Source of the DNA: Fibrobacteria bacterium GUT31
GTDB taxonomy: Bacteria; Fibrobacterota; Fibrobacteria; Fibrobacterales; Fibrobacteraceae
Length of the DNA: 64,000 nucleotides
NCBI GenBank assembly: GCA_001462225.1
Contig: LIUH01000148.1
Coordinates: forward strand, 15,209 to 79,208
Direction of reading: 5' to 3'
Shown: positions 7,020 through 14,169 of the stretch, one piece after another
How the letters are laid out: every line of letters begins with the position of its first letter
Position numbering within the stretch: the stretch's first letter is position 1
The notes under the pieces: model-generated
The model's database searches: none
Seen by the model: only the letters and a program-made list of their open reading frames with translations
What the model was told of the DNA's origin: nothing
Program-made: the position numbers and the translations under genes

Positions 7020-10000
7020 ATGTACCAAAGAAGACGATTGGGAATTTTTCTAGTCCTCCTCACACCCGTGCTAGCTTTCGCCGCATTTTACGGCAATCAG
7101 AGCGGCACGAATTGGAAAAGCGCAGAGACGGAGCATTTTTTGGCGCACTACCCCGCTGAGCATAGGGAGCGGGCGGCACAGGCAACGGAAATTGCCGAGA
7201 GTGTTTATGACACAATAACAAATCGCTATCAAATAAAACTGCCTAGCAAGGTTAATTTGGTGTTTGATAATGCTCTTTACAGCAATGGGGAAGCAAATCC
7301 GGTTTATAATATGATGCGTATTTCGCTCACAAATTGGGACTTTAAAATTCGCGGCTCGCATTCTTGGATAAGCGATGTGCTAACTCACGAATTCAACCAT
7401 TTGGCAAGTATGCAAAACGGGAGCAAAACACCCTTCCCCTGGATTCAAGGTGTGCAAATTTCCAAAACAGATTTTTACAATGAACGGCAACAAGTCCATT
7501 TTGCCGGGTACATTCCTTTTATGATCCAGCCCTTTTGGTTTGCGGAAGGTACTGCCCAATTTGAAAGCTATAGAATGGGCTTTGACCACTGGGATACCCA
7601 TAGAGATATGCTTTTGCGAACTGCATTTTTGGAAAACAAGGTTTTGCCTTTGGAATTCATGGAAGACTTTAGCGAGCAGGCCTTGGAAGCGGAATTAGGG
7701 CCATACACACAGGGTTTTGACATGGTTCGCTATATTGCGGAAACTTACGGAGAAGATGCTATTCCGCAGTTGTGGAAAGATATGGGAAGGATATCCAATT
7801 TAACTTTAAGCGGAGCTTTGAGCGATAGATTTAAAATTACGGAAAAGGAATTGTATCAAAATTGGAAGGAAAACAGAAAAGGGCATTATGAAAAAATTCG
7901 TAATTCGCTCGGAGTACCTATTACAGGAAAAAAAATAACAAAAGACGTTTTTTATAACGAATTTATCTCTTTGGCAAACGGCAATCTTTATGGGCTTTCA
8001 AATTTCGGCGGCGATTTTTTTGATGGCGGCGTTTTTGAATTGAAAGACACAGTTCCTACGCCTTTTAAAAAATTCAAATTGAAAAAACCTTATCTTTCGC
8101 AAGGGATGAGCATAAGGCAAACACAGGAAGGATTGCTTCTCGCTTATGTGACCTACCAGAACAGAGATAAAAAAGGAAGGCCGTATTTTGACATTGCCAT
8201 TGCAGATACCCTTGGCAATAATCGTTTGGTCACAAAATTCGCAGATGCTGTTTATCCCGATATTTCGCCGGATGGGAAACAAGTTGTATTTGCCAGGCGA
8301 GAACAAAACGGAACAAGATTTTATCTGTCTGTAGCAAGCGCAGACACATTGGGTGATTATAAAGATATTGTTGCTCCAAGCGGAGAGGAATTTAATATTT
8401 TCAACCCGAAATTTTCACCGGACGGGAAACAAATTGCATATAATTATTTTGACGGAACAAGCCGAAAAATTGTTTTGTCAAATGATACTATTGCATTTGC
8501 GGGTGATGTCCGCAACCCCAATTGGAGCCTAGACGGGAAATTTATTTATTTTTCCGGCGATGAGACCGGGATTTTTAACATATATAAAATGGATTTGCAA
8601 ACAAAGAAAATAGAACGCATTACAAATGTTTTGGGCGGTGCCTTTTCGCCTGCGGCGGATACGAATGGATTGTATTATGTGGGGTATGATAGGGATGGAT
8701 TTTCCGTTTATAAAATGGATTCGGCGGGTGTTGTTGTTGATACCGTCAATGACGCCGTAGAGACGGATAATTATCCGTCTCTACAACAACGTCGCATACA
8801 ACCACAACAACAATCGCCACCCGAAATATCCTTTGCCAATTCCGAAAGAAATTATTTACCCATTCCCAAAATGCCAATCCTTGTGCCCTTGTTCTCCTTT
8901 GACGACCGACCACCCGATTTTGGTGCGATTAACACAGGAATTACGGTTCCGAAAATCGGGCTTGCGTTTGGTTTGAACGACCCGCTTAACAAAAATTTTT
9001 TCCAAATAGCCGCCTTGCAAGAAATAGACAAATTCGGCGAAGACAGCCAGAGCGATTTATTCGCAAGTTTGGAAAACCGCAGTTTCCCGATTACCCTTAA
9101 CCTCGCTTTTATGCGAATGAATACACCCTCAAAAGATACCGTGCGTTATGAAGACGAACGTAGCTGTAGCAACTGTGATGAAAATGGTTTGGTCTTAAGC
9201 GAATATGCGTCCGAGCTTTACAACGCTTTGTTTGCTGCTTCCTATTCAATTTTCAAAAAAGGAGATTCCCTAACGGTATTTGCCTCTTATGACTGGGAAG
9301 CCTTTAATCTTTACCAAGACGGTTTTGGATGGGATTACCATAAAAGATGGCAAACGGGTTTAATCGCCGGTTTTACCGCTCAAGATAGTTTGTTCGCTTT
9401 GCAAGGTCTTTATTCTTTTTCCGGTTCGGATTTATATAGGCCAGGAACTTTTGCGGAGAGTTTTTCGGTTAGCGATGCCGGTGTTATCTCGCCTCATTAC
9501 AGACATTTTAATTTGCACGAATGGGCTTTTTCCGCAAATTTATCTCTAAACAATCCTTTGCAGAAATACGGCAAACTCTCTCTTTCGCTTTTTAGCGGCG
9601 GTATTTTGAACTGGCGAAGCACGGATTCCGATACCCTTGATAATTTTTATTTGCACCCTCTTGTTATGGAAGGCTATCCCATCTTGGAAAGCAGCGAGAG
9701 TTATTTCCGGCAGGGAACGGGAACCGTTTTGGCGGAAGTCCGCTATAAATTTCCGATTTACAACGACTTCAGAAAAAGATTTTGGATTTTCACCACAAAA
9801 AATTTCAATTTTTCGCCTTTTGCACAAATGGGTTCCGCTTGGGAAACTCACCCATTTCCCGAATTGAAGCATAGGGAGAACTGGCTGCGGAGCTATGGCA
9901 TAGATTGGAATTTGGAAAACCGTATATTCTATTCCGTGCCCTTTAATTTTAATTTCAGGGTAGCGAGGGGTTTGGATAACCCAAAAGATACTAGAATTAA

Positions 10001-10022
10001 AATTGGGGTTGGGGTATTGTAG
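7020..10022 (+). CDS. Large secreted protein: HExxH metallopeptidase-like N-domain, PD40/TolB-type beta-propeller repeats, C-terminal beta-rich (barrel-like) region
   Basis: Signal peptide MYQRRRLGIFLVLLTPVLAFA at ATG 7020. Zinc motif LTHEFNHLASM. PD40-like repeats ISPDGKQVVFARRE, FSPDGKQIAYNY and NWSLDGKFIYFSGDETG. The last ~400 aa are rich in aromatic/Gly residues. Confidence 0.6.
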   Translation: MYQRRRLGIFLVLLTPVLAFAAFYGNQSGTNWKSAETEHFLAHYPAEHRERAAQATEIAESVYDTITNRYQIKLPSKVNLVFDNALYSNGEANPVYNMMRISLTNWDFKIRGSHSWISDVLTHEFNHLASMQNGSKTPFPWIQGVQISKTDFYNERQQVHFAGYIPFMIQPFWFAEGTAQFESYRMGFDHWDTHRDMLLRTAFLENKVLPLEFMEDFSEQALEAELGPYTQGFDMVRYIAETYGEDAIPQLWKDMGRISNLTLSGALSDRFKITEKELYQNWKENRKGHYEKIRNSLGVPITGKKITKDVFYNEFISLANGNLYGLSNFGGDFFDGGVFELKDTVPTPFKKFKLKKPYLSQGMSIRQTQEGLLLAYVTYQNRDKKGRPYFDIAIADTLGNNRLVTKFADAVYPDISPDGKQVVFARREQNGTRFYLSVASADTLGDYKDIVAPSGEEFNIFNPKFSPDGKQIAYNYFDGTSRKIVLSNDTIAFAGDVRNPNWSLDGKFIYFSGDETGIFNIYKMDLQTKKIERITNVLGGAFSPAADTNGLYYVGYDRDGFSVYKMDSAGVVVDTVNDAVETDNYPSLQQRRIQPQQQSPPEISFANSERNYLPIPKMPILVPLFSFDDRPPDFGAINTGITVPKIGLAFGLNDPLNKNFFQIAALQEIDKFGEDSQSDLFASLENRSFPITLNLAFMRMNTPSKDTVRYEDERSCSNCDENGLVLSEYASELYNALFAASYSIFKKGDSLTVFASYDWEAFNLYQDGFGWDYHKRWQTGLIAGFTAQDSLFALQGLYSFSGSDLYRPGTFAESFSVSDAGVISPHYRHFNLHEWAFSANLSLNNPLQKYGKLSLSLFSGGILNWRSTDSDTLDNFYLHPLVMEGYPILESSESYFRQGTGTVLAEVRYKFPIYNDFRKRFWIFTTKNFNFSPFAQMGSAWETHPFPELKHRENWLRSYGIDWNLENRIFYSVPFNFNFRVARGLDNPKDTRIKIGVGVL

Positions 10023-11477
10023 CTATATCAATTCATATGTCTTATAAAAAATTCTCTCGTTTACAATATAACAATCATTCAAATCGGTTTCATTGGCGGT
10101 TAAAAAATCACCGGGTTTGCCGGAGAAATATTTTTCGGTGTCCCAATAGGTGAATACTTTTGTGAGTTTTTCAATTTGCTTGGCTTTTATTATTTTTTGG
10201 TCTTTAGGAAAACATATTTTAGCGAAACGCGAAATGCCCTGTTTTCTTCCGGTAAGCCTATTTATAACAGTTGGCGGATATTCAAAAACTTGCCGGTATT
10301 CGTCTTCCATGGCAATATAATTTTTTTCAAATTTTTCGTGCAAAATGGGATACACCTCACCTTCTATGCCTATCATAAAGTAAATATTTTCCTTGGCAAT
10401 CAAATCCAAATCACCCTCCATAGTGCGAACTGTGATTTTTGTTCCGTCTTGAAATAGGTCTTCGCATTTTGCAAAACCAACCGGTATTTGAAGTTTTTTA
10501 TAGCGTTTCATTGAAGCAAAATCAATGGGAGTTTGCCCTGCGTAAATTTTATCAAAAGCTACTAAATATTCCTTTAATCTGGAAATTAAATATTCTTCCG
10601 AATTTTTCAAAAAACCGCCGGCTTTTTCCAAATTCCCGCCGCCGCTGCCAAAACCTTCGCACAAAAACGCCGCCAATTCATTTGCCATGTATTCTCGGCT
10701 GCAACTGCGAACGGAAAGTTTTAAACCATTGCCTATATTTGAGAATACAATACAAGCATCAAGGGATTCAACCTGCATTGCAATATCACTGGAAAAGCCG
10801 AGAATATTCGGGTCACATGGTTCCGCTTTGAACAAGGCTATATTTTCTACAACTTCAAATATTTTTAAAGCTTCGGAAACTATGGAAAGTTCCGGCATGG
10901 TCAGGTTTGCATTTCTCAATTTTTTTATCAAAGTTTTGTCAAAGTAAACTTCCGATAAATCCCTGTCCAAAGGATGCCGCAATTCCGCGAGTCCGTTTGT
11001 ATCGGTATAAAGCCCGTAATACAAGGCCGTGCTTATTTTTTCATCTTTCAAAAAATCCGCCGAATCTTTTTCCTTTAACAACATGGAATGAACAAGAGTT
11101 GTGCAACTGCCAAGTGCCGGATTGATTTCGCAAAATTCATTTTCGGTTATTTCGCTTATATGATGATCTATAACTGCAAATTTTTTGCAAGGGAATTTCT
11201 GCACGTTCCCTGCGCCGTATTGGCAATCAATTGTTATGAGCAAATCCACATCGGGAATTTCTGAAACCAATTCTACTTCTATGCCAAGAGCTTCAATAAA
11301 TATCGCTAAACTCGGCTTGGTTATTTTTATTTTGCCGCCATAAATTATTTTTGCTTTGCAATTATGCTTCTCAAAATACTTTTGCAAAACATAAGCACAA
11401 GAAACGGTATCCGCATCGGGAATATTGTGCATTTGCAAAACTATGTTTTTATACGCAGTAAGTTCGGATAGTTTCAT
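10023..11477 (-). CDS. DHH/DHHA1 family phosphoesterase with an extra ~170-aa C-terminal domain
   Basis: DHH motifs I-IV are present (IPDADTV, LITIDC, AVIDHH, GLYTDTNGL). The DHHA1 glycine motif is GSGGGNLEKAGG, with Asn in place of the usual His. The start overlaps the upstream TIR gene stop (ATGA). Confidence 0.8.
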   Translation of the reverse strand: MKLSELTAYKNIVLQMHNIPDADTVSCAYVLQKYFEKHNCKAKIIYGGKIKITKPSLAIFIEALGIEVELVSEIPDVDLLITIDCQYGAGNVQKFPCKKFAVIDHHISEITENEFCEINPALGSCTTLVHSMLLKEKDSADFLKDEKISTALYYGLYTDTNGLAELRHPLDRDLSEVYFDKTLIKKLRNANLTMPELSIVSEALKIFEVVENIALFKAEPCDPNILGFSSDIAMQVESLDACIVFSNIGNGLKLSVRSCSREYMANELAAFLCEGFGSGGGNLEKAGGFLKNSEEYLISRLKEYLVAFDKIYAGQTPIDFASMKRYKKLQIPVGFAKCEDLFQDGTKITVRTMEGDLDLIAKENIYFMIGIEGEVYPILHEKFEKNYIAMEDEYRQVFEYPPTVINRLTGRKQGISRFAKICFPKDQKIIKAKQIEKLTKVFTYWDTEKYFSGKPGDFLTANETDLNDCYIVNERIFYKTYELI

Positions 11478-12310
11478 TTTTTGCTCCTTTTTGTTGTTGT
11501 CGGCGTTTTTTTTGCTGCCGGTAGTTTCACCGCATTAACAGTGCCCTGTTTTTTTTTCAAAGAATCCAAATACAAAGCCATGGAATCCATTGCATATTCA
11601 AGTTTTTCTTTTATATCTCTTATCGAATCCGCTTTACGCATCATTTCAACTTCTATTGTGATTTTTAACGAATCTGTTATACGCACAAGCCCAATTTCCC
11701 TTTCAATTCTTATGGAATCGGCTTTTTGCGCCGCCACTTTCCACTCTTTTATCTCCAGGTTCTTTTGTTGAAAAATCATAAATAAAAAGTAAGTCAAACA
11801 AACTATAAATGCCAGAATAAGCGTTGCGATAAACGATGTTATTTTCTTTTTATGCCTGATTTTCCAATGCGGCTTTGAACGCAAAAAAGTCTGTTTGAGT
11901 TTTTCATAAGAAGTTTCAAAGAGTCTAGGATTAATTTCTATGCCGTTCTTTCTGTTTATGTCCTTAATATCAAGCGGCAATTTTTTGGGATAGGCAAAAT
12001 CATCCAGCAGGAGCGGAATTATATTTTTATTCGCCTGAATAGCACAGACTAATTCACGGCGCACCCAATCGTCTTTGCGGTCGTAATCCGTTTCGGAAAA
12101 ACAATCAAAAATACCGGGGCTTAATATGATTAAAAAATCCTTGCATTTCTTAACCCTTTTTTCCAGTTCATTGTCAAAGTTTCCGTTTTCCAAAGTATCT
12201 ATATCAAAAGAAACGGAATAGCCGTCCATCCTTAATCTATCATAAATAAGTTTAGCGACGTCAAAACCGCCTTTGCGTCTGTATGAAATAAAAATATTGA
12301 AATTGGACAT
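11474..12310 (-). CDS. TIR-domain protein with one TM helix and a C-terminal coiled-coil/Lys-rich tail
   Basis: FISYRRKGGFDVAKLIYDRL and DDWVRRELVCAIQ are TIR_2-type motifs. The TM helix is ITSFIATLILAFIVCLTYFLFMIF, preceded by KIRHKKK. A -10-type motif lies 9 nt upstream of the ATG. Confidence 0.8.
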   Translation of the reverse strand: MSNFNIFISYRRKGGFDVAKLIYDRLRMDGYSVSFDIDTLENGNFDNELEKRVKKCKDFLIILSPGIFDCFSETDYDRKDDWVRRELVCAIQANKNIIPLLLDDFAYPKKLPLDIKDINRKNGIEINPRLFETSYEKLKQTFLRSKPHWKIRHKKKITSFIATLILAFIVCLTYFLFMIFQQKNLEIKEWKVAAQKADSIRIEREIGLVRITDSLKITIEVEMMRKADSIRDIKEKLEYAMDSMALYLDSLKKKQGTVNAVKLPAAKKTPTTTKRSKK

Positions 12311-12327
12311 TCTAAGAGTAATATAGT

Positions 12328-12446
12328 AAACGCAGATTTATTCGCTTGGGGAGTGGCTAGTAGGGAGTGGGGAGTGGAAAAAACATGAATTTAAGCGTTT
12401 TTCTACTCCCTACTCCCCATTCCCTACTCCCTAAACCAGTTAATCA
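12328..12446 (+). repeat. ~120-nt palindromic intergenic element, copy 2
   Basis: Near-identical to 4612-4731 in direct orientation. It lies between the leftward (TIR) and rightward (pheS) -10-type motifs. Confidence 0.85.
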
Positions 12447-12447
12447 G

Positions 12448-12460
12448 CGTTTACTATATT
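12448..12460 (+). promoter_or_regulatory. -10-type promoter motif CGTTTACTATATT, 6 nt upstream of the pheS ATG
   Basis: The motif recurs upstream of many genes in this window. No SD fits in the 6-nt gap. Confidence 0.55.
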
Positions 12461-12466
12461 CTTCCT

Positions 12467-13489
12467 ATGCAATCTCAAATTTCAGAGCTTAAAACACAGT
12501 TTCAGAGCGAACTTTCGCTGGCTGATTTAAATGAAGAAGCTTCCGTTGAAAATTTACGCCTGAAATATTTGGGCAAAAAGGGCTTGGTTACAGACTTGTT
12601 AAAAGGAATGGGAGCCCTTAGCGCAGAAGAAAGGCCTGTATTTGGAAAACAGGTGAACGAATTAAAGACGGAAGTCTCGGAAGCCATAGAACAGGCTAAG
12701 GAAAAAGCGAGCGTTTTTGCGATGGGTAAAAAATTATCTGCAGGAAAACTTGACATTTCCTTGCCGGGTGAGGGCTACAAACACGGCAGTACGCACCCGC
12801 TTTACGATATTCGCGAAGAAATTATAGATTTTTTCGCAAACATGGGTTTTCATGTGGATTTGGGTCGCGATGTAGAAACGGACTGGTATAATTTTGAGGC
12901 ATTAAACTTCCCCAAAGATCACCCAAGCCGCGATATGCAAGATACATTTTATCTTTCGCAAAACGCAGTGCTTCGCACACATACCAGCGGTACGCAAATT
13001 CACTATATGGAAACCCACAAACCGCCGATAAAAATGATAGCTCCCGGTCATGTATTCCGTGTGGACGCTGATGCCACCCATGCCCCAATGTTCCAGCAGT
13101 GCGAAGGCTTGGTTGTGGATGAAAACATATCCTTTGCGCAATTAAAGGGAATGCTCGCCCTGTTCGCCCAAAAGCTATTCGGAGAAAATGTAAAAACCAG
13201 ATTTCGCCCCAGTTTTTTCCCCTTCACCGAACCCAGCGCAGAATTGGACGTGAGTTGCGTTTTTTGCTCCGGTACGGGTTGCCGCAGGTGCAAAGGCTCC
13301 GGTTGGATGGAAATAGGCGGTTGCGGTTCGGTTGCCCCAGCCGTATTTGATAATGTTGGGATAGATTCGGAAAAATACACCGGTTTTGCTTTTGGTTTTG
13401 GACTAGACCGCATAGCCATGCTCAGACATCACATACCGGAAATATCGCTGTTAACTTCAAACGACCAAAGGTTTTTGGAACAATTTTGA
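12467..13489 (+). CDS. pheS: Phenylalanine--tRNA ligase alpha subunit
   Basis: 340 aa. Motifs FPKDHPSRDMQDTFY and FRPSFFPFTEPSAE, with typical class II aaRS PheS length and layout. Confidence 0.95.
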   Translation: MQSQISELKTQFQSELSLADLNEEASVENLRLKYLGKKGLVTDLLKGMGALSAEERPVFGKQVNELKTEVSEAIEQAKEKASVFAMGKKLSAGKLDISLPGEGYKHGSTHPLYDIREEIIDFFANMGFHVDLGRDVETDWYNFEALNFPKDHPSRDMQDTFYLSQNAVLRTHTSGTQIHYMETHKPPIKMIAPGHVFRVDADATHAPMFQQCEGLVVDENISFAQLKGMLALFAQKLFGENVKTRFRPSFFPFTEPSAELDVSCVFCSGTGCRRCKGSGWMEIGGCGSVAPAVFDNVGIDSEKYTGFAFGFGLDRIAMLRHHIPEISLLTSNDQRFLEQF

Positions 13490-13490
13490 T

Positions 13491-13550
13491 TTTTTTTAGT
13501 TGAGAGTTATTTTTTTTAGTTGAGAATTGAGAGTTGAGAGTTGAGAGTTG
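13491..13550 (+). repeat. Short tandem repeats (TTTTTTTAGTTGAGAG x2, then TTGAGAG heptamer x4)
   Basis: Read directly from the sequence between the pheS stop and the next ORF. The repeats overlap the candidate TTG starts of that ORF. Confidence 0.7.
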
Positions 13551-14169
13551 TTTGGTTGTCTTTGCTACTGAGATGGAGAGAGACGGAGTTTTTCCGGATG
13601 GGATTCCGCAGGGTTTTGATTGTTTGGTGAGCGGGGTTGGTATTTTGGCGACTGCGCTCAGTTTATCCAAAGCGTTTCGGAATAAAAAATATAAGAATGC
13701 TATTCAAATTGGAATAGCCGGAGCCTATCGCTCTAGCAGTTTAAGCATTGGCGATGTGGTGGAGGTGGAGAGTGATTGCATGCCGGAATTTTTGCCTTGG
13801 GAGCCGAATACGTTTTTTGCTTCCGGTGTTTTGCCTTTTGAAAAGAAATTGAAGAGTGTTAAAGGCGCAACGGTTTTAAGCTGCACGAAAACAGAGGATG
13901 TCGGAAATGTTAGGGGAAAATTTGCCCAAATAGAAACGATGGAAGGTGCGGCGTTTTTTGCTGTTTGCAAGGAATACGAGGTTCAGGCCGTTCAAGTGCG
14001 AGCTATAAGCAACTACGCCGGTTTATATAATAAAGACGAATGGGAAATTGAAAGGGCCTTGCGTACATTAAGCAACCTTATTCACCACCTTCCTAGGCAC
14101 AACAAAATCCACGCAAAGAGCAAGCCACACGGAGACCGTGCAAGAAATCAGCGGGTTCCAGGGCCATGA
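13534..14169 (+). CDS. Futalosine hydrolase (MqnB)-like nucleosidase
   Basis: PNP_UDP-fold motifs IQIGIAGAY and ETMEGAAFFAVCKEYEVQAVQVRAISNYAG. The start is uncertain (TTG 13534 or TTG 13552). The 3' end overlaps the convergent transporter gene by 102 nt. Confidence 0.55.
   Translation: MRVESCLVVFATEMERDGVFPDGIPQGFDCLVSGVGILATALSLSKAFRNKKYKNAIQIGIAGAYRSSSLSIGDVVEVESDCMPEFLPWEPNTFFASGVLPFEKKLKSVKGATVLSCTKTEDVGNVRGKFAQIETMEGAAFFAVCKEYEVQAVQVRAISNYAGLYNKDEWEIERALRTLSNLIHHLPRHNKIHAKSKPHGDRARNQRVPGP

Noticed and set aside
6961-7053. 30-codon Cys-containing ORF (MKKYIDESIDCDNKQWECYLCTKEDDWEFF) between the nuclease gene and the 1010-aa ORF.
   Set aside because: It overlaps the well-supported signal-peptide start at 7020. 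The only promoter-like hexamer is 3 nt from its ATG, which is not the 6-9 nt pattern, and there is no SD. I cannot support it from sequence alone.
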